Assembly: GCF_009834535.1 (NCBI RefSeq)
Contig: NC_045697.1
Span: 104,782,001 to 104,846,000 of the forward strand
DNA length: 64,000 bases
Direction of reading: 5' to 3'
From: Camelus ferus
Taxonomy: Eukaryota
Part shown: positions 50,876-62,769 of the stretch, in pieces
Layout of the letters: the number at the start of each line of letters is the position of its first letter
Position numbering within the stretch: position 1 is the stretch's first letter
Made by a program: the position numbers and the translations under genes
Notes under the pieces: model-generated
Told to the model about the DNA's origin: nothing
The model's database searches: none
The model's input: the letters and a program-made list of their open reading frames with translations, nothing else

Positions 50876-51564
50876 CCAATCTAGTGGGCCCTTCACCATC
50901 TTCTCCTAGGAGAGGAATGTTGCCAGACTTTGTAACTTGTAACTTCAAGATTGGTTGCATTTCATGGGCAATGATATTGGAAAGAAAAACCGTTATCTTT
51001 TGCACAGAACATCTTTGTGTTCCGTTAAATAATGGATTGTACTAAATGTAGTGAGTGGTCTTGTGATTTTAAATTATGTTTGGAAAGGCAGAAGATAACT
51101 ATAAAAGTATAAACTACGTGAGAGAATAAATGCATTTAGAATGTACTACGTAACGAAACTGTGATAAGTTTGTGATTATTAGGTGGAATGGAGTTTGGTG
51201 TGCTCCAATTTGAAACACTAAAATTTTTACATAATGAACTCTAATAACACCAGAAAGAAGACAAGAAAAATCAGTATATTCTAAAATAAAGAACTGATGT
51301 AACCACAGTACTTAAGAGAGGAAAGCATGCTATTTCCATAGGGAGAGAGAGACTTCTATGTAAATGAACCCAAACTTAATCTGCTGTTATAAACATTTTC
51401 AACTAATGAAATTGAGAATTATGAAATAAATGTTGAAAAACAGATGCATTTAAGTTTTAGCTTCTGGAGTGCATCCTGCCTTGACCATATGAAAACATAA
51501 TCTTTAAAGTATTCTTTGACCTACTCAAAGGAAATTGCTCCAGAGGGGAAAAATAGAATTTATA

Positions 51565-51675
51565 GTTATATGTATATAATAAAAGCATTTATATATTATT
51601 TATATATAACATATATAAATAAGTAGCTATAACCATACACATATAAACACCCACACACACATACACATACACAAA
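51565..51675. repeat. Low-complexity (TA)/(CA)-rich simple repeat
   Basis: tatatattatttatatataacatatataaat...cacacacacatacacatacaca. Confidence 0.7.
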
Positions 51676-52259
51676 CGGAACCAATTACATGCCCCTGTTG
51701 AGATCTGGCAAAGCAAATATTAGCCAAATGAAATAAGATAAAGTTAGTAAAAATGATAACACACTCACATGCTATTAATATTTGGAAATAGCTGCATTAA
51801 ATAAAAAAGAAAAGCCCTGTGTGGTCGCTGTTTCAGAGATACAGGGAGGCACAAGGCTGTTGGCCGCTGCCTTGGGAACAGGCTGTTCTGGAATGGGAGA
51901 AGAGATAACCCTGAGAAAATGCTCACTAAATAAGGCAGTTGCAGGTGAGCAGTGCTAGAAGATGCAGCGGCGATGGACTAGAGAGGGATTTAGGGCAGAG
52001 GGGTGATGCTGTTTTCGGGAGGACAGTGAGAGGAGGAGGAGGATTCTATGAGCAGGGCCATCGGTGTGGGGAAGCCAGCCAAGTGAAAGTAGGGGTGGGG
52101 AAGGAGCGTTTCCGGTGGAGGGAGCAGCACTTTGAAGCTTGTTGGACTGGATGGGTTTGTTGTGAACCTCCAGCTTAGATCTTCGGGAATAATTGTATAA
52201 TTGTATGTTTGCCTGGATTACAATAGAATAGTTACTTTGCAGTTGCCCGAATAGCCAGG

Positions 52260-53350
52260 CTTTAAAAAATGTATGTTTTAGTTGTGAAATGATGGCAAAA
52301 AAATACAGAAGTATGTGAAACAAACATATATTTAAAGAAGAATGAGAAGGGGAGGGTATAGCTCAGTGGTAGAGTGCATGCTTAGCATACACAAGGTCCT
52401 GGGTTCAATTCCCAGTACCTCCTCTAAAACCAATAAGTAAACCTAATTACCTCTCCACCGAAAATTAACAAAACAATCCCCTTGGGATCTTTAAAAAAAA
52501 AAAAAGAAGAAGAATGCAAATATCACAGACTCACAGCTAGGTTAGGAATTGAAATACCTTTAATTCCCTTGTGACTTCCTGACTGCATCGCCCTTTCTGG
52601 CCCCCAGTGGTAAACATCATCTGCCTTTTGAGATAATCATTCACTGGCTGTTCTGTAATTTTGTGACCTATGTATGCAACCCAAACATACGGTTTAGTGT
52701 AGCTTGTTTTGAACTTTGTATGAAAGAACCACACTGTACTTTTTTTTCTTCACTGTGTATTCTTTTGTGACTTTCTCCTTTCTGTCCAAATCGTGAGATT
52801 ACTCTGTTGTTGATATGTGCATTTATGGTTACTTTTACTCTATCATGTATGAATATACTATAATTTAGTCATTTGCTTGGCTGTTGATCGGTATTTGCTT
52901 TTCCCAGTGTTTGGCTACTGCTGTGGTCCCTTCCGCTACAGAAAGTACCTGTCCGTAAGTGCACGTGTGCCAAAGTTTACCTTGGGAATTTACCTAGAAG
53001 GGCAGTCTCCGAGTGGAGGATATCATCGTCAAACTTCCTGGAGAACGCCAATGTACTTAAAAAGCAGTTAGAACAAGTTTTCCTTTCACAGGCAGTCTGG
53101 GGGGGTTTCTGTTACTCCACATAGACCAACTCCTGGAGTTGCTAGACTTACTAAGTTTTGCCAATCTGATGAGTGTATTGAGGTATGTTGAGGTTTTAAT
53201 TTTCCCTTTTATCATCACTAATGAGTTTGAGCACCGTTTCATGTGGTTCTAGGCCATGTGGACTGCCTTCACTTCCTTTGGTGAAGGGCTTATTCAAGGG
53301 TTTTGCCCAATTTCTTATTGGAGTTTCTGCCTCACCTCGTTGATTTATAC
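52260..53350 (-). mobile_element. Ancient L1M 3' region (host of the SINE)
   Basis: ttttgaactttgtatgaaagaaccacactgta...ttttgccaatctgatgagtgt...cactaatgagtttgagcaccgtttcatgtg. Confidence 0.65.
52345..52506 (+). mobile_element. Full-length camelid tRNA-Ala-derived SINE (vic-1 type) with TSD, inside an old L1
   Basis: ggggagggtatagctcagtggtagagtgcatgcttagcatacacaaggtcctgggttcaattcccagtacctcc plus A tail. TSD aagaagaatg at 52335-52344 and 52507-52516. Confidence 0.92.
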
Positions 53351-53364
53351 CCCTTATTTATTTC

Positions 53365-53760
53365 TTTTCTTTCTTTTTTTTTTTTTTTTTAAATTGAATG
53401 TGCCAGTTTCTGGTGTACAGCACAATGTCCCAGTCATGCATATACATACATACATTCGTTTTTATATTCTTTTTCATTAAAGGTTATTATGAGATATTGA
53501 ACATAGTTAAATTAACCTGTATTATACAGAAGAAACTTTCTTTTAAAATCTATTTTAATATAGTGGCTAACATTTGTGAATCTCAAACTCCCAAATTTAC
53601 CCCTTTCCACCCCCTTTCCTGGGTAACCATAGGATTGTTTACTATGTCTGTGGGTCTTTCTGTTTTGTAGGTGAGTTCATAGTGTCCTTTTTTTTTTTTT
53701 CTTCTTAGGTCCCACATATGAGTAATGTCACATGGTGTCTTTCTTTCTCTTTCTGGCTTA
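53365..53760 (-). mobile_element. Younger L1 3' tail with poly(T)
   Basis: (T)n aaattgaatgtgccagtttctggtgtacagcacaatgtcccagtcatgc...ccacatatgagtaatgtcacatgg; same subfamily as 22164-22732. Confidence 0.88.
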
Positions 53761-53849
53761 TAGCCGTTAGTTATATCTTTAGGGTGTGTGCTTATCTTCA
53801 ATTTTTATGTCTTTAAAATTTTAATACAGTCAAATTTTATTCATCTTTC

Positions 53850-54305
53850 TGTATTAGTTTACTTGTTACTTTGAGCAAATGACCCCTAAACCTAGTGACC
53901 TAAATGGCAGCCCTTTACTTCTGTGTGGACTTGGCTCGCTGGACCCCTCTGGATGCCTCTGTGGGTGGGCTGTCTGACTGATGGGGCAGGGAGTGGGGGG
54001 CCTGGGCCACAAGTCTTTTGTCAGCCAGCAGGCTAGTCTGGACTTGGTCACACGGAGGCCAAGCATTCCGAGAGAGTGGAGCAGGGGTGTGCGAAGGTTC
54101 AAGGTTCGTGAGCTGGAGGCTCTGAATCAGCACAGTGGCACTTTGACTACGTTGTTTTGGCCACAAGAGCAGCCTGGACCCAAGGGATTCACAGGGCGGG
54201 AAAGTAGACTCCACCTGGTGTCTGAGGAGCTGCAGAGTCACACTGAAGACAGACGTTCCTCCAAGGAGGGGTGGAGCTTGGGGCCCATGCTTACGGTCCA
54301 TCACA
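53850..54305 (-). mobile_element. Old MLT1 (MaLR) LTR
   Basis: tgtattagttt...caaatgacccctaaacctagtgacctaaa...aagtagactccacctggtg...ggagctgcagagtcacac...catcaca. Confidence 0.65.
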
Positions 54306-54424
54306 TTTGACATTAGGGCTTTGCTTTTCTTCCATCCTCCGGGGGTAAGAAATCACAGTCCTGTGTCCTCCTCTAAAAGGTTTTTTGGTTCAGCTCTGTA
54401 AGAGTGAAGTCTCAGCAACCAGGA

Positions 54425-54550
54425 CGGAGGACATCGATGATGGGGGAGGCGTGGCAGGCGCTGCGGCGGGGCTCTAGGGGAACTCTCTGACCTCCTGCCC
54501 ACTTTGGCCTTGAGCCTTAAGCTACTCCAAAGTATAGTCTGTTAGGACAA
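54425..54550 (+). mobile_element. Old L1M 3' terminal fragment
   Basis: gatgatgggggaggc...ggaactctctgacctcctgcccactttggccttgagccttaagctactc. Confidence 0.55.
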
Positions 54551-55898
54551 AATTTTTTGTTGTTGTTAAACCAGACCATGACAACAGAGCTGGTGAGCAT
54601 TGTTAGAAGTTTAAGAAGTGAGAGAAAGAAGGCATTTTGTCCAGGAGGGCGTCAGGGAACCATTGTACTTAATGAATGGAGGTAATGAATTGGTTAAAAA
54701 AAAAAAAAAAGTAGCAGCATTTTCCAATGTAAAAATAAGATTTTTTGGCTTTCATTCCTTATTAGCTATATCACAATGACTGAAAAAAGGAGAAGATTGT
54801 TGATCCGACTGTTTCACCATCTTATTAAAAGCAGCTGTCAGTTTTTACATCGCGGGCTTCACTTTCTTGTCCATATTTATTTTTTTGCATGAGTACTCAT
54901 CAGCAGTTAGGGATTGTATTTTTCTTCTTCCAACTTTCCAATTTGCTTGATATGCAATTTTGTTTTAACATAGTTGGTCGGTGTTCTCTGTACTGGGACA
55001 GGAGCCGTCAAGGGTGCAGGGGATCAGTGAGCAGCTTCTTAGAAAGTGCTTTAGACCAGAGGCAGGATTGTGCCCTGGTCACGGCTTGGGCTTTGGACAA
55101 ATGGCTCTGGAATAGAGCAGGCCTGTGTTGTTTAAGTAGCTGTGCGACTTGATGCAGATTATTTAACATCTCAGAGCTTTGGCACTCCCTGATCAAAGGG
55201 AGATAATCTTTGTTTTATTTATCTCTCTCAAGAGTGTTGAGTGGGGCTACCTGTCATCTAGCCTAGTGCATGGCCCGTGAAATAACTGTTAGCATGTTTT
55301 AGAAGGAGGGTTTTCCATTGTTTTCTAGTTAAAAAAAAAAAAAATTGAAGCCCTATAGGTCTTTTGCAGAATGAATTCTTTCTAGCATTTAACCTACACC
55401 TTTGGTTTACCTCCCTGCTGCTATGAAAACTCTTTGAAGCTTCTAGGTTTCTCTGGCTGGAGTCGGACCATCAGTTATGGGCATCTGGGTGGCTGAGTTG
55501 GCAGCCGACTAGATCTCATCAAGCCCTGGGAGGTACTGTCAGGGAGTGTGTTCCTAATCATAGCCTGAACTTCGGAATCGGGCAGCTTCTGACTTGAGTG
55601 GGGAGAGACAGGAGAGTGCCTTAGGGAACAAGGCACAGCAGTCAGTTCCCCGAGGAAGAGGAGGGCGGTGGGGGGAAGAATTATTTCTCCAGCACCTGCT
55701 CTGTCCCAGAGCGTAGAGTAGAAGACAGGCCACCGGAGACTGCCTGGGTGGGCTGGTCGATGGGCCCCTCGGCCAAGGAGTTGGGTCGTTTCTCCTTCCA
55801 GATTGCGTTTAGGAGAGGTCTGCCACCTCAGGAGGAAGAAATTCCTTCTAAGCCTTGACTTTGAAACAAAGACTCAAGTAATCGCTCTTTCTTTCTAG

Positions 55899-55994
55899 GT
55901 CTTTCGGCAGCCCAGCGGAAGTTTGCTCATTCACTCCGAGACTTTAAATTTGAATTTATCGGTGACGCGGAGACTGACGATGAACGCTGCATAG
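55899..55994 (+). CDS. ARHGAP10: ARHGAP10 (GRAF2) internal coding exon, probably exon 2 (96 nt, phase 1-1), BAR domain
   Basis: Acceptor ctctttctttctAG ends at 55898 and donor GTgggt starts at 55995. Translation is (S)LSAAQRKFAHSLRDFKFEFIGDAETDDERCI(D), which I recognise as the ARHGAP10 N-terminal BAR domain (human, from memory: SLSVAQRKFAHSLRDFKFEFIGDAVTDDERCI). Confidence 0.95.
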   Translation, partial: VFRQPSGSLLIHSETLNLNLSVTRRLTMNAA

Positions 55995-56069
55995 GTGGGT
56001 GAAGACGAAGTTTTGGTTTGCTCTGTCCTTTGCTCTGGCCATGAAATAATCACTCCTTTCTCCTCACAG
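55995..56069 (+). other. ARHGAP10: 75-nt GT-AG intron between the two coding exons
   Basis: GTGGGT...TCCTCACAG. Removing it restores the ARHGAP10 reading frame. Confidence 0.93.
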
Positions 56070-56131
56070 ATGCTTCCTTACGCGAATTTTCTAATTTTTT
56101 GAAGAATCTGGAAGAGCAGAGAGAAATTATG
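56070..56131 (+). CDS. ARHGAP10: ARHGAP10 internal coding exon, probably exon 3 (62 nt, phase 1-0), BAR domain
   Basis: Acceptor ctcctttctcctcacAG ends at 56069 and donor GTgagt starts at 56132. It splices in frame to the previous exon and gives (D)ASLREFSNFLKNLEEQREIM, the continuation of ARHGAP10. Confidence 0.95.
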
Positions 56132-56754
56132 GTGAGTTGTGGGATGTAAATGAACAAATCCGTCTTTTAAGTGGGGGAATGTCTGGCTTTAGAAACTGGT
56201 TCTGGTGTAAGTTTTGGTGCATTTACCCATGGATGAGGCAGTGCCTGGTCATGGAAGGAGCCCTGGATGAGGTTCTGGGAGCCTGGATTTCTAGTTCCAC
56301 TGTGGTGCCACCTGGGGTGAGATCTTGGACAAGTTGTTGGACCTCTAGACCAAGGCACTGTGTCTTCAACTGTAAAATAGTGTGTTGAACTCTGTCAGTG
56401 CTTTTTAGGTTTTTGTTAGCCCTGGAGCACTTGTATTGAAATACAGTCTCATGCATAACCTTAATGGGTCAGGAGGACCAAAGCAGAAAAGCATATGTAG
56501 AGACAGAGGATGGCAAGGCGGTGTTGGAGCTCCGCCTCATACTTTTGGGGATTTCTAGGCTGTGTGGAGAGGGAGAGAACTTGAACCTGGATGTCTTTCA
56601 GATCCTACTTTGCCTTGAGATTCGTGATCACAGCAGTAATAATCATAGCAGCCTTCCATGGGGTGCCCTCCTCATGCCCGATGCTATGCTGGGTGCATTA
56701 TCTTACGTAACTTACGTCCAGCAATGAATTCTGAGGGGTTTTCAATAAGATTTA

Positions 56755-57330
56755 CTTTCTCTTTTCCTTTCTTTTCTCTTTCTTTTCACTCCTTCTTTTT
56801 TCTTTTCCTTTCTTTTTCTGTCTTGTCTTTTCTTTCATCAGATTCTGGTGTACAGCCTAATGTTTGTCATACATGGACATGCATATATTCCTTTTCATCT
56901 TCTTTTTCATTATTACAAGATATTGAACATAGTTCCCTGTGCCATACAGTAGAAACTTTATCTATTTTGTATATAGTAATTAGTATCTGCCATAAGTTTG
57001 TTTTCTATGTGAGTCTGTTTCTGTTTGGAAATAAGTTTATTTGTGTCTTTTTTTTTTTTTTCAAGATTCCACATATAAATGATATCATATGGTATTTTTC
57101 TTTCTCTTTCTGGCTTAATTCACTTAGAATGATGATCTCCAGGTCTGTCCATGTTGCTGCAAATGGCATTATTTAATCTTTTATATAGCTGAGTAGTATT
57201 CCATTGTATAAATATACCACAACTTTATCTATTCATCTGTCAGTAAGCGTTTAGGTAGCTTCCGTGTCTGCTGTGAACTCTGAGGTGCATGTGTCTTTTC
57301 AAATTAGAGTCCCCTCTGGATATATGCCCA
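56755..57330 (-). mobile_element. L1 3' end with pyrimidine-rich (decayed poly-A) tail
   Basis: ttctggtgtacagc...tattacaagatattgaacatagttccctgtgccatacagtag...agattccacatataaatgatatcatatggtattt...ccatgttgctgcaaatggcatt. Confidence 0.9.
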
Positions 57331-57559
57331 GGAATTATCCACCTTTCTTAAAAGCTTGTGTTTCCCTCCTAATGACATATTCATTCATTCAACAAAGATT
57401 TACAGCAGAATTGCCACTGGATTATGATACACTATCTATTCTCACCAGTTTTTTCAGGCTTTAAAAAAATGATCCAACTTTTTTTTGATGTTCCTGAGAA
57501 TGAGTACTAACTACAATTATGTAAAAGGGTAAGTGTCTGAGGGATTCAGATGTGGTGGT

Positions 57560-57800
57560 AATAATATTGAACGTGACAGCTAAGATAGTTTAACTTACTC
57601 TGTGCCTAGTGCTAAGCTGTTTACCTCACATTGTCACTTAATTCTCACATCAGCCCTATGAAATAGACTGCGTTACTGCCCTGCAATTTACAAATGAGGA
57701 AACTGAGTTGCAGCACCTTGCCTACGATCACATGGTGGCTGAGAGGTGGTGCTGAGACGTGCCAGAATCAGCCACTCTGAACCACCCGCCACTGTGGCCT
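57560..57800 (-). mobile_element. MIR SINE
   Basis: cacttaattctcacatcagccctatgaaatag...tttacaaatgaggaaactgag. Confidence 0.75.
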
Positions 57801-58638
57801 GCTTCCTAGATGTCACTGTCACCTGGGTGGTGGCTGGTGGGGGTTTCTAGTTGGTAGAACTGGAGTAGGAAAAGCAGGAGGAAAGCACTGGTTTTGATTT
57901 AAAAAGACGGAGACCTATAGCCTTTGAAAGTTCTGATGTGATTCACACTGTACCCTAAATTCTGAGACAATTTGTGTATCTTGTCAGTAATATAGAGGGT
58001 ATGTGAAGGTCCTGTGCTCCCGTGAGGTTCTTTGGACACAAACTGATGTATTCAACCACTATTCCTGTGCTCCTGAAGTCACTGATTTCTCAGCTGTTTA
58101 GCAAAGTCTAAATGTGATAGTGATAAAAATAGTGCCGTGAAGTCACCCCTCTATGGCATGAAGTGGGTGTGGATGGGTGTGTTGGTGGTGATGAAAGTGC
58201 ATGTTGTTAGTTTATGTCAATAGTGTCAACTTTGTTCTCAACCCTCTTTGCTATTTAGTTGTATTTTCCTGGGATCCTGAGCGTTTAGCGAATATGTATT
58301 GTGTCTCCTTTTATGTTTCAGTTACTGTTTAGAATCTGAGCCCACAGAGGTAAACAAAGTCCCTGCTCTCATGGAGGTTATATTTTAGAAAAGGAAGGTG
58401 ATTAACAAATGAATGGTACATTGTCAAGCAGCAATAAGGGCTACAAAATGAAATTGAGAAAGGCAAGGAGTGAGGGCGTGGGGTGTGGTGCTGTTACAAG
58501 GAGAATGGTGCGGGAAGGAAGGTCTTTTTAGTCGAGAACTATGAGGCATCCTGGTATCTGGGGGAAGAGAGTTCCAGGCAGAGTGATGTTAGATTTTAGT
58601 TCCACAGAAATACTGAAATACTCTGTCTTGATATCCTG

Positions 58639-59462
58639 TAGCTGACCCTATGTGTTGGTGGATTCTGTATCCATGGCCCAAAAATATTTGGAAAAAACTC
58701 CAGAAGGTTCCAGAAAGCAAAACTGGAATTTGCCACATGCAGACGATGATTTACATGGGATTTACATTGCATTTACAACTATTCACACGGTAGTTTCATT
58801 ATACTGGCATGCCCTGGTTCTGTTGCACCTCGCTTTATTGTGCTTTGTAGATAATGTGAATTTTACATATTGAAGGTTTGTCTCAACCTTTGGCAAACAA
58901 ATCTTTAGGTACCATTCTTCCAACAGCACTTGCTCACTTTTTGTCTCTGTGTCACATTTTGGTAAGTCTTGTGATAGTTCAGACTTTTTCATGATTATAT
59001 TTGTTATGGTGAACTGTGATCAGTGATCTTTGATGTTCATATTGCAAAGAGATCATGACTCACTGAAGGCTCAGATGATGGTTGGCATTTTTTTTTAGCA
59101 ATAAGGTGTATTTTAAAAATAAGGTAGGTGCATTGTTTTTTAAAGACATAATGCTGTTGCACACTTAATGAACTACAGTATAGTGTACACACAGCTTTCA
59201 TATGCACTGGGAAACCACAAAAGACGTGTGATTTGCTGTATTGTGACATTTGCTCTGTTGCAGAGGTCTGGAATGGAACCTGCACTGTCTCTGATGTATG
59301 CCTGTATTATGTGTTGTAAGTGATCTGGAGATGATCTGAAGTATAGAGGAGTATGTGGGTAGGTTATGTGCAAAACTTGATACAAGGGACTTGAGTATCC
59401 TAGGATTTTGGTATCCATGAGGGTCCTGAAACCTGTCCCCACTAAATACTGAAGGATGACTG
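58639..59462 (-). mobile_element. MER2-family (TcMar-Tigger) element split by a Tigger1 derivative
   Basis: The right end read on the minus strand is cagtcatccttcagtat...caggaccctcatggataccaaaatcctaggatactcaagtccctt, the MER2 5' end. The left part is aaaactccagaaggttccagaaagcaaaactggaatttgcc. Confidence 0.75.
58804..59304 (+). mobile_element. Internally deleted Tigger1 derivative (about 500 bp) with TA TSD
   Basis: TA|ctggcatgccc...gtatgcctg|TA, matching the Tigger1 TIR CAGGCATACCTC. Internal gactcactgaaggctcagatgatggttggcattttttt and catatgcactgggaaacca. Confidence 0.82.
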
Positions 59463-59824
59463 TATTTCTGTTTTATGAGATGAATTGGCTAGATCAGAAA
59501 ACTGGAACGTTGAGCTCCAGGCTGTCTGCTAGAGAAAGCGTAGTTCTCAGAGCTCTTGTTAGCTGACTTGCTGATTTAATCTTCTGCTGCGATGGGGGTT
59601 GGCGGGGGCTCTGTCTCAGGTGGGACGAGGAAGACAGGGATGGGGACAGAATGTTGTCTGTATAAGACAGTGCACCTCAGAAGGGAATGGGACTGCGTGT
59701 TACAGCCCGTTTGTGAGAACGACAACTCCTGCTGGATAGAGGGAAACTATCCAAAGCCGGAAAGCAGTGGGGGGGCAGCTGCCACCAACCGCAGAATTAA
59801 CAGGACACCTAATGCTTTTTTAAA

Positions 59825-60240
59825 TTATTATTTTAACTTTTTATTTTGGAAAATTTCGGGCATGTGCAAAAAGTAGAGAGAAAAATATAATTAAACTACA
59901 CATACTTCGTATTCAGCTTCAGTAACCATCCCACACAGCCAGCCTCGTTTCTCTGGTACTCGTCACTACCCCATCCCCATTATTTTGACAGAAAACCCAG
60001 TATCATATCATTTTATCCATAAATACCTTAGTGTATAGCTCGAAAAGATAACTCTTCTTTCTTTACGAAGAATTAGACCATATTCATTTTTTTTCTGATA
60101 TTCATTTACATTTTTGTCTCCTCTTCACCTCCACCCCTCCAGTAACAGTTGATTTGCTTGAATCTGGATCCAGACACGTTGCATTTGAGTGATAAGTTTC
60201 TAAGTCTCTTTTAGTTTATACGTTTTTCTTCTTCCCTTTT
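59825..60240 (-). mobile_element. Old L1MC-type 3' end
   Basis: ttttattttggaaaatttc...caaaagtagagagaaa...tatcatatcattttatccataaatacctt. Confidence 0.65.
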
Positions 60241-62769
60241 CCCCCTGGATAGGAATTCCAGATACTCTTCCATTAGCTTTAAAAGACCTTTAAAATAGTA
60301 GTACTTCCTGAGTTATCAGTGCGTGATAATAATATGATTAATAACAAAAGTGGAAAAAATTGACATTTAACCCCTATTGACGTTATCTGGGTTTTCTGTC
60401 TAATCTTGATAGTCAGCGATCACTTTGTTTTTATTTTAACTGCGTCAATGGTGTGGCATCATTATGGCTCTTTTGGCTTCCTTAAATAGCTCTGCACACT
60501 TAGTAGAAAAAAATCTTTGGTGTTTTCCTAGACACCACTCAAATGTTTGAATGAGAAAAAATACCTCCCTCAAGAAGTGTGCAGTGTGGTTCTGGAGAGT
60601 AGCTGGTAAAAAGTGAATTAAAATATATTACACTAAGTGCCAAACGAAAGTGTAGGGCGTGCTTGCCTAGAGTGGGGAGCAGCTAATTCTGTGCTTGTGG
60701 GGAGACTTCATGGAAGATCTGGTACTTGGATTGGAGTTTGTGGGGCAGAGACGCAGAGGGGAGCCTTTGTCTAGTTTAACCAGCTCTTACCCCCCAACAC
60801 CCCAGTGACAAGGAGATAAGGAAGGTGTTTAAGGAGCTAAAACGGATGCCAGCACATCCTGAGAGCTTTTTAAAACTCTTGTTTTACTTAAAAGTGTTAC
60901 GAAACAGCAGCCGGTTAAAAGCCGCATGTTAATGAAGGAATGCGAGATGACAGCTGTAAAATAGAGGTGAAAATATTCTAAAATTGGTTCATAGAGTTTA
61001 ACAAAATCTTAGTGTTCACTGAATCTTTACAAGTGATTAGTATTTCCTGAGGTCCTAAATTGAATGACGGTGCAGCATGATAATATTCACAAGTAAGACT
61101 GAGTCATTACAATGTTGAAGCAAATTTATATAATCTGTGTTTTAGAAGGCAAAGGCTAGGGCCAAAGAGCTTTTAAAAAGCTTTCCATTTCTGAAATAAA
61201 TGTTAAGATAGAGGACTTTGGGCTTTAGAGGATAAAGACATTAGTCTGGAAGCCCAGTGATCAGGAAGATGTTGTTCTTTGTAGGTTCTGAGCCACCCAT
61301 GTATGTGTTCGCACGCCTCATCTCTGTGCTTTAGTAGGCTGGATAGACAGGTGGAGTTCAGCAAACACGCTTGTTAGTGCCCAGTGCTGTCAGGACAAAG
61401 GCATAGTTCCTACCCTCGAGGGGTCCACTGGGGAGACTGCCACAAGCATGCTTTGCGGTAACAGTTACTGGGGGGTCAGGGGAGGCATTTTGGAGACGTC
61501 ATTTCTGGCCTGAGATGACACATCTGAGTTGGCCAGGTAAAGAAAGAGGGCAGTGAAGCGTTTCTTCCTTAAGGGAAAAAACCGGAATGAATTTGGAAGA
61601 AAGGGACGGCTGTGTTTGCATATCCCCCCTACCTGTGTCCAGCTCTGTCGCTGTTACGATGGATTGTTGGAGGGGGAGTGCAAAGAAGGCCAGTCTAGGA
61701 CATCAGGGCATTTCTCTCCATGCACGGGAGTCCAGCTTTTATGGATGGATGTGCTGTGTCCTTGAAAAGACTAATGTGGCCTTCTTCAGGACAGTGTTTT
61801 CAGGTGAGTGATTCTTACTGAGAGTATTGCCAGCCTTGACTGTGAGAGTGTGGAGCCGGGGACGGTTCGTGGCTGGGGCGGCTGGGCTCGCTTCCCTGCA
61901 TGTCCCCTGAGGAAAGTCCTGTGCGGCATGTCCCTGCCAGGATTCCGGAGATGTTCCCTCTGGCATGGCGGGACATGCTGTACTGATCCAAGTCGGGCAG
62001 CTGTCCAGGAATTTAAGGACTTTTAAAATAGTGCTGTTGTGTTGATGATGTTCTTTTGAAAGCCCTTTGTAGTGTCTTTGCTTCTCTTACATGTGTCGCG
62101 TCCTGTCTTTCTGTTTTTGTTCAGGGCTTCAATGATACTCTCAGTTTCTGAGGGTTCTGGCAAATCAGGGCAGTTGCCTGAGGCCCAGAGGTGGGGGAAG
62201 GCTTGGGGAAGAGGGGATGCCCAGAGAGAGAAGGCGGAGCCTGCCAGATGGTGCACAGTCTCCTCCCTCTGGTTCCGAGTGGGCTAGTGGGGCTGCTGGG
62301 CTGGCCTGCAGACCTGAGGGGGTGTCCTGTCCCCCAGTTGCATTCCTTTCCCCACTTGAACAAGAAGATCCTGTGTGTACACAGTCTTGAGGCTTTTGAG
62401 ACCTTTTTCCATGCCCCAACCCCTACCCAAACAATTTTTTCCCACTACAGATTTCACTCTTGTGAAAACACTGGGCCAGGGAACTCTTGCTGGGTGTTTG
62501 GCCCAGAGCTTCTGTTCCAATAAAGAGGGTGCTAGGCTTCTGAGGATCAAAGGCTTCTGTTATTAGCTTAGATGGTTCCAGGCAAGACGCGATGAGTGTT
62601 TCCTCAACCCTCGTTTGTTTCACTCCTTCCTCATTCTTTTCATGGTTGCAAGGATCTCACCAAAGCTTTTGGTTAAGCGATTTCTGTATCTTTTGGGGCT
62701 TTTGACTCTGATTTTCCGCTTCAGGCATTTTATTACTTTTTCTTTTAATTTCAAAAGTGCTTCATGGTA

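Larger units (their letters stand above)
1..55898 (+). other. ARHGAP10: 3' part of a long ARHGAP10 intron (presumably intron 1; exon 1 upstream of the window)
   Basis: I did not see sequence encoding the ARHGAP10 N-terminus (MGLQPLEFSDCYLDSPWFRERI...) or a CpG-island promoter in the window. The region is repeat-rich and non-coding. Confidence 0.8.

Noticed and set aside
56658..57176. 172-aa hydrophobic ORF resembling a membrane protein
   Set aside because: It is an antisense reading of an L1 3' UTR and its T-rich tail.
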